NCBI GenBank assembly: GCA_041482215.1
Contig: JBGPDI010000006.1
Location: 1,591 to 65,590 of the forward strand
Direction of reading: 5' to 3'
Length of the DNA stretch: 64,000 nt
DNA from: Candidatus Acidiferrum sp.
Lineage (GTDB): Bacteria; Acidobacteriota; Terriglobia; Acidiferrales; UBA7541
Positions 6,829 through 17,800 of this stretch are shown one piece after another (position 1 is the stretch's first letter; the number at the start of each line of letters is the position of its first letter). Position numbers and translations under genes: made by a program. The notes under the pieces are model-generated. The model was not told the origin of the DNA. It was given only the letters and a program-made list of their open reading frames with translations, and did not search any database.

Positions 6829-8331
6829 ATGGCTACAGCAGTTACGCCTCGGATGTTCAACAATTTTATCAATGGCGAATGGGTGGAATCGCGAAGCGGG
6901 AAGTCCTACGAGAACCGCAACCCGGCGAACACCGAAGAATTGATTGGAATGTTCGTCTCCGGAACGGAAGAAGATGCAATTCAGGCGGTGGATGCCGCCA
7001 AGGAAGCGTACAAGAAGTGGCGGCTGGTGCCTGCGCCAAAGCGCGCGGAGATCATGTACCGCGCGGCGGAATTGCTGGTGCAGCGTAAGGAAGAGTTTTC
7101 CAAGGATATGACGCGGGAGATGGGCAAAGTCCTGGCGGAGGCACGTGGGGACGTCCAGGAAGCCATCGACATGACGTACTACATGGCTGGCGAAGGGCGA
7201 CGGCTGTTTGGGCAGACAACTCCATCGGAACTGCCAAACAAGTTTGCGATGAGCGTGCGGCAGTCTATCGGCGTGTGCGCCATGATTACGCCATGGAATT
7301 TTCCGATGGCGATTCCGTCGTGGAAGATCATGCCGGCGCTGATCAGCGGAAATACGGTGGTGATCAAGCCGGCGCAGGATACGCCGCTGTCGGTCTACAA
7401 CCTGATACAGGTGCTCACCGAAGCGGGCCTCCCTCACGGAGTGGTAAATCTGGTTAGCGGAAGCGGGTCGAAAGTTGGCGCAACCCTTGCGGGGAGCAGC
7501 GATGTGCCGGTGGTCAGCTTTACTGGCTCGACGGGAGTAGGCCGCATCATTTCGCAGACCTGTGCCCCAGAGTTCAAGCACTGCAGCCTGGAAATGGGCG
7601 GGAAGAACATCATCATTGTAATGGATGATGCCAACCTGGATTTGGCGGTTGACGGCGCAGTTTGGGGCGGCTTTGGGACGTCGGGACAGCGCTGCACGGC
7701 GGCCAGTCGAGTGGCCGTACACAAGAGTGTGTACAAGGAATTCGTGGAGCGGTTTGTGGCAAGGGTGAAGTCGCTGAAAGTTGGAAACGGGTTGGATGCA
7801 TCGGCGGAAATGGGGCCGTGCATCAACGAGTCGCAACTGAAGACCGTGATGTCGTATGTGGGAATTGGAAAAGATGAGGGAGCAAAGCTGTTGACAGGCG
7901 GGAATCGGTTGGATGGCGGGGCTCATTCGAAAGGCTGGTTCCACGAGCCAACGGTGTTTGGAGATTGCTCGCCAAACATGCGGATCGCGCAGGAAGAAAT
8001 TTTTGGCCCGGTCGTCTCCGTGATTCCGATCGATAGTTTCGATCAAGCCATCGAAGTGGCAAATGGCGTGATCTATGGGCTTTCTGCTTCCATTTATACG
8101 CGAAATGTAAATCAGGCTTTCCAGGCGACGCGCGATCTCTACACCGGAATTGTTTACGTAAACGCGCCGACGATTGGAGCAGAAACGCACCTGCCCTTTG
8201 GCGGCACCAAGCAAACCGGCAACGGGCACCGTGAAGCGGCCATCGCAGCGATCGATTTCTTCACCGAGTGGAAAACGATCTACATCGATTATTCTGACAA
8301 GCTGCAGCGCGCCCAGATCGATAACGCTTAG
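6829..8331 (+). CDS. NAD(P)-dependent aldehyde dehydrogenase family protein
   Basis: 500 aa with SD GAGGAGG upstream. ALDH motifs are present: [22 protein letters not shown] and EEIFGPV. Confidence 0.9.
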   Translation: MATAVTPRMFNNFINGEWVESRSGKSYENRNPANTEELIGMFVSGTEEDAIQAVDAAKEAYKKWRLVPAPKRAEIMYRAAELLVQRKEEFSKDMTREMGKVLAEARGDVQEAIDMTYYMAGEGRRLFGQTTPSELPNKFAMSVRQSIGVCAMITPWNFPMAIPSWKIMPALISGNTVVIKPAQDTPLSVYNLIQVLTEAGLPHGVVNLVSGSGSKVGATLAGSSDVPVVSFTGSTGVGRIISQTCAPEFKHCSLEMGGKNIIIVMDDANLDLAVDGAVWGGFGTSGQRCTAASRVAVHKSVYKEFVERFVARVKSLKVGNGLDASAEMGPCINESQLKTVMSYVGIGKDEGAKLLTGGNRLDGGAHSKGWFHEPTVFGDCSPNMRIAQEEIFGPVVSVIPIDSFDQAIEVANGVIYGLSASIYTRNVNQAFQATRDLYTGIVYVNAPTIGAETHLPFGGTKQTGNGHREAAIAAIDFFTEWKTIYIDYSDKLQRAQIDNA

Positions 8332-8345
8332 TTGCTGCTGGCGCG

Positions 8346-8374
8346 TTGACCACACTTGACACGCTTTCTACAAT
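8346..8374 (+). promoter_or_regulatory. Sigma-70-like promoter of the hrcA operon
   Basis: TTGACC (8346-8351), 17-nt spacer, TACAAT (8369-8374). Confidence 0.6.
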
Positions 8375-8379
8375 AGTAG

Positions 8380-8412
8380 GTAGCGCTCTCTAGCATTGGA
8401 GTAGAGTGCTGC
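8380..8412 (+). promoter_or_regulatory. CIRCE-like inverted repeat (putative HrcA operator) with an atypical spacer
   Basis: gTAGCgCTC (8380-8388) and GAGTGCTgc (8404-8412) each match the CIRCE half-sites TTAGCACTC and GAGTGCTAA at 7 of 9 positions. The spacer is 15 nt rather than 9. The repeat sits at the predicted transcription start, directly before hrcA. Confidence 0.4.
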
Positions 8413-8413
8413 T

Positions 8414-9457
8414 ATGAGGAATTCTGCTCTTCAAGAACGGCGGAACCGCCAGATTCTGGCGGACATCGTTCGCGCATACATCGAGACGGGGGAACCGGTA
8501 TCCTCGCGCGCGATTTCGAAAGGGTTTGAGGAGACGCTCAGTACCGCGACGATTCGAAACGTCATGGCCGACCTGGAGGATGGCGGCTTTCTATATCAGC
8601 CGCATACGTCTGCTGGGCGCGTGCCGACGGCGGCGGCGTACCGCTTCTTCGCACAAGAGATTGCGTCGCAAGCCACTATCAGCGTGGTGGATCGGGAATG
8701 GATTCAGCGGGAGATGAGCGGCGCGACCAGCGCTACGGAAATCACGGAGCGCGCGGGGCATGTGCTTGCGGAAGTATCCAACGGGCTGGGCATTATTGTT
8801 TCGCCACCGCTGGGCAAAACTGTTCTAGAACACGCGCGGATGTGGCTGCTGCCGGACGGCCGAGTGGTGGTAGTGCTGATTTCTCCGGGTGGGAATACGC
8901 GGGACAAGATTCTGCGGCCGCACCGCTTGTTTACACAGATGGAGTTGGATGCGACTGCGGATTTCTTGAACCGGCACTATTCGGGATGGACGCTGGAAGC
9001 GATTCGCAGCGACCTGCTGCAAAAACTTGCCACGGAGCGTGAACGCTACGAAGGCATCGTGCAAAACGCGCTCTCACTGTGGGACCCTGCGGTGTTGGGA
9101 GAAGAATCAACGCTGCACGTCCACGTGGAAGGTACGGCGCAGATCGTTGGCGCAGCGGAATTTGCGAATCAGGCGCAAATGCGCGATTTGCTGGCGGCGA
9201 TCGAAGAGAAGCACCGGCTTGTGACCGTGTTGAATGCTTGCATTGAAACTCCCGAACCGGTGCACGTACAAATTGGCGTGAAAGAGATTTCCGAGGCGGG
9301 CGAAAACCTGGCGTTGATCAGCGCAGCCTATACACGCAATGACATGGTGCAGGGTTCGCTGGGAGTGCTGGGACCGACGCGCATGCACTATGAGCGCGCT
9401 ATGACGGCCGTGGCTTACGTCGCGCAGCTTTTCAGTGAAGCGCTGGGCAAGATTTGA
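8414..9457 (+). CDS. hrcA: Heat-inducible transcription repressor HrcA
   Basis: 347 aa. N-terminal wHTH RQILADIVRAYIETGEPVSSRAISK. Followed by grpE and dnaJ. Confidence 0.9.
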   Translation: MRNSALQERRNRQILADIVRAYIETGEPVSSRAISKGFEETLSTATIRNVMADLEDGGFLYQPHTSAGRVPTAAAYRFFAQEIASQATISVVDREWIQREMSGATSATEITERAGHVLAEVSNGLGIIVSPPLGKTVLEHARMWLLPDGRVVVVLISPGGNTRDKILRPHRLFTQMELDATADFLNRHYSGWTLEAIRSDLLQKLATERERYEGIVQNALSLWDPAVLGEESTLHVHVEGTAQIVGAAEFANQAQMRDLLAAIEEKHRLVTVLNACIETPEPVHVQIGVKEISEAGENLALISAAYTRNDMVQGSLGVLGPTRMHYERAMTAVAYVAQLFSEALGKI

Positions 9458-10077
9458 AAAAACATTGGTTCGGGAGAAGCGAGAAAGTGAGCGACAAGGA
9501 AGTGAAGATCAATCTCAATCGCAACAAAGATGCTGACGACGCGAATGACGAGCAATCCCCGGAAGTGCAGGCCGCGACCGCTGACACTGCGAAAGCGGAA
9601 GCGGAGATGGCCAAGGTGACGGCCGACTTGGAGGAATTGCGCCAGACACTACTGCGACGTCAAGCGGACTTCGACAATTATCGCAAGCGCATCGAGAAGG
9701 AGCGTTTTGAAGATTCCAAGCGCGCGACGGCGCGGGTGATCGAGGGCCTTATTCCCGTGATTGATGGATTTGAACAGGCTCTGGCCGCGCACCGCGAAGA
9801 GGAGTACGCGAACTATCGAAAGGGATTCGAACTGATCTTCAAGCAACTTTTGGACAACGTGACGAAACTTGGGGCAGAGAGAGTCGATCCGGTTGGAAAA
9901 GCGTTCGATCCCCACCTACACCAAGCGGTGGATCGTGCAGAAACTACGGACCATCCAGACGGCACTATCCTGCAAGTATTTCAGCCGGGATATGTTTTTC
10001 ATGGGCGCGTTCTGCGCCCCGCAATGGTGCGTGTAGCCGTGCATCCGAGCGGCGCATCGAACGAAGCTGCAAATTAA
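9454..10077 (+). CDS. grpE: Nucleotide exchange factor GrpE
   Basis: 207 aa. RRQADFDNYRKRIEKE plus the C-terminal GrpE beta-domain FDPHLHQAV...GYVFHGRVLRPAMV. TTG start overlaps the hrcA stop, so the exact start is uncertain. Confidence 0.9.
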   Translation: MKKHWFGRSEKVSDKEVKINLNRNKDADDANDEQSPEVQAATADTAKAEAEMAKVTADLEELRQTLLRRQADFDNYRKRIEKERFEDSKRATARVIEGLIPVIDGFEQALAAHREEEYANYRKGFELIFKQLLDNVTKLGAERVDPVGKAFDPHLHQAVDRAETTDHPDGTILQVFQPGYVFHGRVLRPAMVRVAVHPSGASNEAAN

Positions 10078-10095
10078 AGGAGAGCGAAAGTTTCC

Positions 10096-11238
10096 ATGGC
10101 TAAGGGAAATCAACGCGATTATTACGAAGTTTTGGGCGTCACGCGCACGGCCGCCGTCGATGAGATTAAGTCCGCTTACCGCAAGGCGGCGCTGAAATGG
10201 CACCCGGACCGGAATCCGGAAAACAAATCCGAGGCAGAAGTAAGATTTCGCGAAGCCACCGAGGCCTACAGTGTTTTGAGTGATGGCCAGAAGAAGCAGA
10301 TCTACGATACCTACGGCCATGCAGGACTTTCCAGCGCCGGCGCCGGCCAGGGATTTGATAACACGGTCTTCCAGGATTTCCACGACATTTTCGGGGATTT
10401 TTTTGGTTTTGAGGATCTTTTCGGCGGCGGAGGTGGCAGGCGGGGTCGAGGCCGCGCGCAACGCGGCGCCGATTTGCGCTATGACATGTCGCTGGCGTTC
10501 GAAGAAGCATCAGCGGGCGTCACCACTAAGATTAAATTACCTCGGCAGGAATACTGCGAGGCGTGCAACGGGACCGGAGCGAAGAAGGGCACTGGCGTTC
10601 AAGCGTGCCAGACGTGTGCCGGCCGAGGTCAGCTGGCTTATCAACAAGGGTTTTTCACGATCACGCGGACTTGTCCAGCATGCCAAGGCGCGGGGCAAAT
10701 TGTGAAGGAACGCTGCCTGGAGTGCCGCGGGCAGGGCCGCCTCGAACGCGAAAAGACGATTGAGCTTCGTATTCCACCAGGCGTGGATACGGGGACGCGG
10801 CTGCGCGTAGCAGGCGAAGGTGAGCCAGGGCCGAATGGCGGTCCCGCAGGCGATTTGTACGTGGTGCTCGAAGTCAAAGAGCATCCGTTCTTCGAGCGAC
10901 GCGGTGCGGATTTGTATTGCACGATTCCATTGAGCATCGCGCAGGCAACGCTTGGCACCGAATTGCAATTGCCGGGTTTGAACGGGGAAGAGAAGCTAAA
11001 AATTCCCGAAGGCACGCAAAGCGGCGCCGTGTTTCGCCTAAAAGGCAAAGGCCTGGCGGACCCACGAGGTGGCGGCAAGGGCGATTTGTATTACCACGTG
11101 CGTGTGCTTACGCCTACGAAACTCACGCGCGAACAGCGCAAATTGATGGAGCAGCTTGGGTACACGATAAGAGTCGAAAACAAGCCGGCTGACCGCAACT
11201 CCACGATCTTCGACAAAGTCAAAGACATCTTCGGCTAG
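10096..11238 (+). CDS. dnaJ: Molecular chaperone DnaJ
   Basis: 380 aa. J domain DYYEVLGV...HPDRNP, a G/F-rich linker and four CxxCxGxG zinc motifs. Confidence 0.95.
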   Translation: MAKGNQRDYYEVLGVTRTAAVDEIKSAYRKAALKWHPDRNPENKSEAEVRFREATEAYSVLSDGQKKQIYDTYGHAGLSSAGAGQGFDNTVFQDFHDIFGDFFGFEDLFGGGGGRRGRGRAQRGADLRYDMSLAFEEASAGVTTKIKLPRQEYCEACNGTGAKKGTGVQACQTCAGRGQLAYQQGFFTITRTCPACQGAGQIVKERCLECRGQGRLEREKTIELRIPPGVDTGTRLRVAGEGEPGPNGGPAGDLYVVLEVKEHPFFERRGADLYCTIPLSIAQATLGTELQLPGLNGEEKLKIPEGTQSGAVFRLKGKGLADPRGGGKGDLYYHVRVLTPTKLTREQRKLMEQLGYTIRVENKPADRNSTIFDKVKDIFG

Positions 11239-11267
11239 CAGCCACCCTCCTGAGATAGAATCTCCGC

Positions 11268-11987
11268 GTGCGGAGACGATTCTTCATTGATGAATTTGTG
11301 GGTCAGAGTGCCGTCATGGAAGGTGAAGCGGCGCATCACCTGGGACGGGTGCTGCGCGCGCAAACCGGGCAGCTCTATGAGCTAAGTGATGGCGAGCGCG
11401 TGTGGTTGGGCAGAATTGAAAGCGTGGGGCGCGATCGCGTGCAGTTCGCTCTCGTCGAGGAATTGCCTGTGGTCCACCCGACAGTGGACACTACGCTGCT
11501 TCTCGCAGTAGTGAAGTTTGATGCGTTCGAATGGGCGCTGGAAAAGGCTACGGAACTGGGAGTAAGCACGATTGTTCCGCTTGCGGCGGCGCGCAGTGAG
11601 AAGGCGCTTCTTGCGGCGGCAACCAAGCGGGCCGAACGCTGGAAGAAGATTCTGGTGGAGGCGTCGCAACAATCCCGCCGCCTGCGCGTCCCAGTGCTAG
11701 GCGAAATCGCCAGGCCTGAGAGCGCTTTCCGTCTTGGCAGAGAGGGTATGCAAGTGATGCTCTCGGAGCGTGCCAGCGCTTCGCCGCTGCGCTCTGTCCT
11801 AAACAGGCAGCGCGCTGCAAAGTCAACGCTGGCAATTGGGCCTGAAGGCGGCTGGACCGATGCGGAATTCGAATCAGCGAAGAGTTTTGGTTTTCAGGAA
11901 GCGTCGCTCGGCCGCCTTATCCTGCGAACAGAAACGGCGGTCATTGCCGCACTTGCGTCGCTGAACTATGCGCTTGGCGGCGATTGA
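11268..11987 (+). CDS. rsmE: 16S rRNA (uracil1498-N3)-methyltransferase RsmE
   Basis: 239 aa. MRRRFFIDE N-terminus and LAIGPEGGWTDAEF motif. Confidence 0.85.
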   Translation: MRRRFFIDEFVGQSAVMEGEAAHHLGRVLRAQTGQLYELSDGERVWLGRIESVGRDRVQFALVEELPVVHPTVDTTLLLAVVKFDAFEWALEKATELGVSTIVPLAAARSEKALLAAATKRAERWKKILVEASQQSRRLRVPVLGEIARPESAFRLGREGMQVMLSERASASPLRSVLNRQRAAKSTLAIGPEGGWTDAEFESAKSFGFQEASLGRLILRTETAVIAALASLNYALGGD

Positions 11988-12763
11988 GCTGCGCGCTTCT
12001 TAAGCACAGGAACGATAGCGAAGTACAGCAGTATGCTGACGCCGAAAATCATCGCTGCCAGTTTGAATCGCAACGTAATCGCGAAACAAAGCTCGCCAAC
12101 TCCGAAGAGCCATATGAACATTTCACCAGCAAGAGCTTGACCCCAGTGTGCTCGAACGTTGTCGGTTGGAACGCGGGGCGTCAGCGAAGGCCACAGGCGT
12201 GGGACGGCTTTCAAATAGGCGCGAAACGAATCGCCCTGAGTCTGAAGAAGCCCGGCCTCCTCGCGCAGAATCAGCCGGTACATGAACAGCACCATTCCAA
12301 ACACCATGAAGAAGAACCCGAGGCGGCTGGCCATGAACCCGATTCCGGCAGCCAGCGGGATATTTGCCAAATAAAGCGGATTGCGAACGTGACGATACGG
12401 CCCGTCGGCGAGAAGCGCTTCGGAATGCTGACTGGCGTCGTGGACGACTTCGGAGCGGAGGTAGGCCGTGGCCCAGGTGCGAAGCAGCGCGGATAGGAAT
12501 ACGAGAAAGGCGCCAACTCCAAAAATAATGCGCAGCCAGAAATTACCCCGATCGCTGTCTGGATCGATCCCCGGCGCGACAAGATGCAGTAATGCGACTG
12601 CGAAAGTGACGTGGTCGATGAGGTAAAGGCTGAATCCGCCCCAGATAATAAATCCAATTACCCAAAAGCGCCCTTTGAATTCGAACTCGGTAGCTTGCAT
12701 GGCGCACATGCTATCTCGCGAAAGCCAGCGTGCAAAGCCATTCTTGATCGCGTGGATGTGCAA
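11966..12763 (-). CDS. Isoprenylcysteine carboxyl / phospholipid methyltransferase family membrane protein
   Basis: Multi-pass membrane ORF with the GPYRHVRNPLYLANI signature of the ICMT/PEMT family. The start is uncertain, with internal Met candidates. Confidence 0.7.
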   Translation of the reverse strand: MHIHAIKNGFARWLSRDSMCAMQATEFEFKGRFWVIGFIIWGGFSLYLIDHVTFAVALLHLVAPGIDPDSDRGNFWLRIIFGVGAFLVFLSALLRTWATAYLRSEVVHDASQHSEALLADGPYRHVRNPLYLANIPLAAGIGFMASRLGFFFMVFGMVLFMYRLILREEAGLLQTQGDSFRAYLKAVPRLWPSLTPRVPTDNVRAHWGQALAGEMFIWLFGVGELCFAITLRFKLAAMIFGVSILLYFAIVPVLKKRAAQSPPSA

Positions 12764-12925
12764 AGCGTGCGTTTCTTAGGCCAGGAGGCAACGAAAACAG
12801 ACGAAAGCGGTATCTTACCTGTTGGCGCGCAACAATTTGCGCGCGACCTGTTCGGGGCAATCGTCGGCGAAATCGAGTCTGGCGCGGCCTGCGAAGGACA
12901 TGTTATAAATACAAGGCAGCCAAAA

Positions 12926-13594
12926 ATGGAACGCTCGGACGAGAAACATCTCGCTAATGCGCCGTCACCGGAAACACTAGCACCGGCTTCTTCTTCCGTT
13001 GTTACTGAAAGCCAAGCCCCCGTAAGTACGACCGCTGAACGTGGGTCGCCGCTGCACTCTCTGCGCACGGAAATTCGCGTTTGGACTCGTGACCTGCTGA
13101 TCGCCATCGGACTTGCGCTGGTCATCATTGTGTTCTTGTACCAGCCCGTAAAGGTCGAAGGCACGAGCATGGCTCCGTTGCTATCCGACCAGGAACGCAT
13201 TTTCATCAACAAGTTTGTGTACAGGTTTGAGCCGATTCAGCGCGGCGATGTCGTGGTGTTCTGGTATCCGCTGGACCGTACGAAATCATTTATCAAGAGA
13301 GTTGTCGGGTTGGGCGGAGAGACCGTCGAAATTCGTCAAGGACAAGTTTACGTAAACGGGATAGTTGTGCAGGAGCCGTATGTGCCGCCGCAATACGAGG
13401 ACCTGAGCGACTTTGGCCCCATGCGCGTTCCCAAGGACAGTTATTTTGTGATGGGTGATCATCGCATCAGCTCTAACGATTCGCGTGTTTTCGGGCCGGT
13501 AGCGAGCCGCTATATTTACGGGCGCGCGGTATTTGCATATTGGCCGGTCGATCATTTCGGTTCGCTATCAACCACGGAAGCGAACACCAAGTGA
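12926..13594 (+). CDS. lepB: Signal peptidase I
   Basis: ORF 12611..13594. ATG at 12926 gives a protein of normal size. Motifs: GTSMAPLL (catalytic Ser), GDVVVF, IKRVVGLGGETVEI (catalytic Lys) and VMGDHRISSNDSR. Confidence 0.9.
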   Translation: MERSDEKHLANAPSPETLAPASSSVVTESQAPVSTTAERGSPLHSLRTEIRVWTRDLLIAIGLALVIIVFLYQPVKVEGTSMAPLLSDQERIFINKFVYRFEPIQRGDVVVFWYPLDRTKSFIKRVVGLGGETVEIRQGQVYVNGIVVQEPYVPPQYEDLSDFGPMRVPKDSYFVMGDHRISSNDSRVFGPVASRYIYGRAVFAYWPVDHFGSLSTTEANTK

Positions 13595-13629
13595 ATGGCG
13601 ATATTGAATGAAAAATATGGGAGGCCACA

Positions 13630-14814
13630 CTGACCGAAGTTCAGCACCGACCTGCGATTCTCGCGCTGGAGGACGGGCGCGTCTTTAACGGCCGCGCTGC
13701 CGGCGCGATCACGCGCCGCGGCGGAGAAGTCGTTTTTAATACCAGTCTCACCGGATATCAGGAAGTTTTCACCGATCCCAGCTACGCCGGGCAGATCGTC
13801 TGCTTAACCTATCCGCACATTGGAAATGTTGGCGCGAATGTTGAAGACGAGGAATCCTCACGTCCGTACATCGAATCTCTGATCGTGCGGGAGTTCTCAC
13901 AGGTATCTTCCAACTGGCGGTCTGCGGAAACGGCCCAGTTGTATTTGAACCGGCACAAGATTCCGGTGATCTGGGACATTGATACGCGGGCGCTGGTTCG
14001 GCACATTCGAAACGCTGGCGCGATGCGTGGCGTTGTTTCGACGGATGGAACGCCGTCGGAGCAATTGATTTTCGAAGCGAAGCAATTGCCGGTCATGGCT
14101 GGACAGGAGCTCGCGAGCCGCGTTACCTGCGCGAAGTCCTACGGGTGGGACAAAGGATCCGTGGACGTCGCGATTTCGCCGTGGGCGGAACAGATGGGTG
14201 AATCGGACGCGCACGGCGAGACTCGGAAGCATCGCGTGGTGGCTTACGATTACGGGATCAAACTGAACATTTTGCGTTTGCTGGTTGACCACAATTGCGA
14301 AGTCTTTGTGGTGCCGGCGCAAACTTCTGCCGAAGATGTTTTGGAGATGAAGCCGGACGGCGTCTTCCTTTCGAACGGGCCGGGCGATCCGGAGCCCGTC
14401 GGCTATGCGGTGGAAAATATTCAGAAGCTCATCGGCCGCGTGCCGGTCTTTGGGATTTGTTTGGGGCACCAACTTTGCGGATTGGCGCTAGGTGGAAAGA
14501 CTTTCAAGCTGAAGTTCGGTCACCATGGTTCGAACCATCCGGTAAAGAATTTGCTCACGGAACAAGTGGAAATCACCGCGCAGAATCATGGATTTTGCGT
14601 TGATCCCGAATCGTTGCCGTCGAGCAAAGTTGAAATTACACACATCAATTTGAATGACAGCACCAACGAGGGCATGCGCCACAAGTCGTTGCCGCTCTTC
14701 AGCGTGCAGTATCACCCGGAGGCATCGCCAGGACCACACGATTCGCACTACCTATTCACACAGTTCACGGATTTGATGAAGGAATTCGCCCAGCCAGGGA
14801 GTTCCCGGCACTGA
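13630..14814 (+). CDS. carA: Carbamoyl-phosphate synthase small (glutaminase) subunit; probable CTG start
   Basis: The ORF track begins at an internal GTG (13885), but the conserved N-terminus [18 protein letters not shown]...[37 protein letters not shown] is encoded in frame from 13654. An in-frame TGA lies at 13609-13611 and there is no ATG, GTG or TTG before 13885. GGGAGG (13619-13624) sits 5 nt before CTG at 13630. Confidence 0.85.
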   Translation: MTEVQHRPAILALEDGRVFNGRAAGAITRRGGEVVFNTSLTGYQEVFTDPSYAGQIVCLTYPHIGNVGANVEDEESSRPYIESLIVREFSQVSSNWRSAETAQLYLNRHKIPVIWDIDTRALVRHIRNAGAMRGVVSTDGTPSEQLIFEAKQLPVMAGQELASRVTCAKSYGWDKGSVDVAISPWAEQMGESDAHGETRKHRVVAYDYGIKLNILRLLVDHNCEVFVVPAQTSAEDVLEMKPDGVFLSNGPGDPEPVGYAVENIQKLIGRVPVFGICLGHQLCGLALGGKTFKLKFGHHGSNHPVKNLLTEQVEITAQNHGFCVDPESLPSSKVEITHINLNDSTNEGMRHKSLPLFSVQYHPEASPGPHDSHYLFTQFTDLMKEFAQPGSSRH

Positions 14815-14833
14815 ATTAGGCTCACGGGAGAAT

Positions 14834-17800
14834 ATGCCGAAGCGAAAAGACATTAAGAAGATTCTGATTATCGGGTCGGGGCCGATCATTATTGGCCAGG
14901 CTTGCGAATTTGATTACTCGGGTGCGCAGGCGTGCAAGGCGCTACGCTCGGAGGGCTATGAGGTTGTGCTGGTGAATTCGAATCCGGCGACGATCATGAC
15001 AGACCCGGAACTCGCGCACCGCACCTACATCGAGCCGCTGACCAAAGAATATCTCGAAGAGATCATTGCGCGGGAAAAGCCGGATGCGTTGCTGCCGACA
15101 GTTGGCGGGCAGACGGCGTTGAATCTGGCAGTCGAGCTTTCGGAAAGCGGCATCCTCGAAAAGTACAAAGTCGAAATGATCGGCGCTTCGTTGCGCGCAA
15201 TTAAAGTGGCGGAAGACCGCCTGTGGTTTAAGGATGCCTGTCGAAAGATTGGGCTTGAGGTGCCTGCATCGGCGCTGGTGAACAACGCGAAAGATGCCTT
15301 GCGGCTTTGCGATCAACTGGGATTCCCGCTCGTGATTCGGCCGTCGTTCACGCTGGGCGGAACGGGCGGATCGATCGCATACAACAAGGAAGAATTTGGC
15401 GAAGCCATTGCGCATGCGCTGGACATGAGTCCGGTGCACGAGGCGTTGGTGGAAGAATCGGTGCTCGGCTGGAAAGAGTATGAACTCGAAGTCATGCGCG
15501 ATTTTCGCGACAACTTCGTGGTGATTTGCACTATCGAGAATTTCGACCCGATGGGAGTGCACACCGGCGACTCGATTACTGTGGCTCCTGCGCAGACGCT
15601 GACGGACAAGGAATATCAGCGCATGCGCGATGCTTCGGCCGCAATCATCCGTGAAGTTGGCGTGGAGACGGGCGGTTCGAACGTGCAGTTTGCCATAAAC
15701 CCGGAAAATGGGCGCATGGTGGTGATTGAGATGAACCCGCGGGTATCGCGAAGCTCGGCATTGGCCAGCAAAGCAACCGGTTTCCCAATCGCGAAAATCG
15801 CGGCGCGGCTGGCAGTCGGAATGTCGCTGGACGAAATCCCAAATGACATTACAAAGAAAACTCCAGCGTGTTTCGAACCGACCATTGATTACGTAGTGGT
15901 GAAAATTCCCAAGTGGCAGTTCGAAAAGTTTCCCGGTGCGGACAGCACTCTCGGAACGCAGATGAAATCGGTTGGCGAGGTCATGGCCATTGGCCGGACC
16001 TTTAAGGAAGCGCTGCAGAAGGGTGTTCGCTCTCTGGAGCCGAGCACGCCGTGGCGCGCGCCATCGGAAACCCCGGATTCTTTGCTGCGGGAAAAACTTG
16101 CGACGCCCCGGCCTGACCGGATTCACTGGCTGCTGACTGCCATGGAGCGCGGACTGCCGGCCCAAGAGATATGCGAACTGACGAAGATCGATCCGTGGTT
16201 CATCCAACAAATTGAAGAGTTAACAGCGATGAACCGGCGCGCCGCGGCGGTGACGGTCGAGACAGCTTCGAAGGAATTATTGCGCGAGGTGAAACGCAAC
16301 GGAACCAGCGACGAGCAACTGGCGCAAATCTGGAGGACAACGTCTGCCTCTGTGCGATTGCAACGTGCACGCTACGGTGTGACGCCAGTGTTCAAGCGCG
16401 TGGATACTTGCGCGGCGGAATTCGAATCGTTCACGCCATATCTTTATTCGACGTACGAGGATGAAGACGAATCGGATGCCCATGCGGGTCCAAAGGTCAT
16501 GATTCTAGGCAGCGGACCGAATCGCATCGGGCAGGGAATTGAATTCGATTATTGTTGCTGCCATGCGGCGTTCGCTCTGCGCGAAGACGGTTTCGAAACC
16601 ATCATGGTGAATTGCAATCCGGAGACCGTTTCGACGGACTACGACACTTCGGACCGGCTTTATTTCGAACCGCTTACGCTTGAAGATGTTTTGGCGATCG
16701 TGGAACGCGAAAAGCCGCAGGGTGTGATCGTGCAATTCGGCGGGCAAACTCCCCTTAATCTTGCTCTGGAACTGAAACGCAATGGCGTGCCAATTGTCGG
16801 CACGGCTCCAGAATCCATCGATCTGGCGGAAGACCGCAGACGTTTCGGGCGTTTGCTCGATGAGCTGAGAATTCCGCAACCACGCAATGGCACCGCCCTG
16901 GTGCCGGAAGAGGCGGCTCGCGTGGCGGGAGAAATTGGAATGCCTGTGCTGGTTCGTCCGAGCTACGTGCTAGGCGGACGCGCTATGGTGATTGCGTATG
17001 ACGTGAACACTGTGCAGGAATATGTTGCTCAGGCGGCGTTGATGGGCCCCGCGAGGCCCGTGTTGATCGATCAATTCCTGGAAGAAGCGACGGAAGTGGA
17101 TGTTGACGCGCTGGCCGATGGAACGGATGTGGTCATCGGCGGAATCATGGAGCACATCGAAGAAGCGGGAGTGCACTCGGGAGATTCCTCATGCGTGTTG
17201 CCTCCAGTGAGTTTGTCGCCCGCGATTCTCGATACCATTCGCGAGTACACGAAGCGGCTGGCACTGGCACTGAAGGTCGTTGGGTTGATGAACGTGCAGT
17301 ACGCTATCCAGCGGGATACCGTATTTGTTCTGGAAGTGAATCCGCGAGCGTCGCGGACCGTACCCTTTGTGAGCAAAGCGACAGGGGTGCCACTGGCGAA
17401 GGTTGCGGCTCGATTGATGACGGGAAAGAAACTGGCAAGCATGAATTTGCCGATTGCGATGCACAACGGTGTGGCCGAAGTCAGGGTGCACGAATTTTAT
17501 TCCGTGAAATCACCAGTGTTCCCGTTCAACAAATTCCGTGGTGTGGATACCATTCTCGGGCCGGAAATGCGTTCCACGGGCGAGGTCATGGGAATTTCGA
17601 CTTCGTATGGACTGGCGTTCGCAAAGGCGCAGCTCGCGGCGGGGCAGCGCTTGCCGCGCAAGGGAACGGTCTTCCTCAGCGTGAACGATCGGGACAAGAA
17701 ACAGCTCGGAGCGCTCGGGAAAGAACTTTCGTCACTCGGCTTTCGACTGCTGGCTACCCGCGGAACGGCTGCGGCATTGGAATCGGCCGGCATCGAAGCC

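Noticed and set aside
6739-8355. 538-aa ORF on the minus strand
   Set aside because: It is fully antisense to the well-supported aldehyde dehydrogenase gene. Its translation is Arg/His/Pro-rich and lacks motifs, as expected for an antisense frame in GC-rich DNA.
13617-13619. ATG as the carA start
   Set aside because: It is in a different frame from the conserved CarA sequence and terminates after 23 codons. It is only viable if there is a sequencing indel; see the carA finding.
14942-16210. 422-aa minus-strand ORF, plus similar long antisense ORFs at 19923-20669, 23107-24141, 33295-34065, 35379-36422 and 51841-52908
   Set aside because: Each lies antisense to a gene with unmistakable family motifs (carB, bshC, hemW/ltaE, mpl, M61 peptidase, tolA) and has low-complexity Arg-rich composition.
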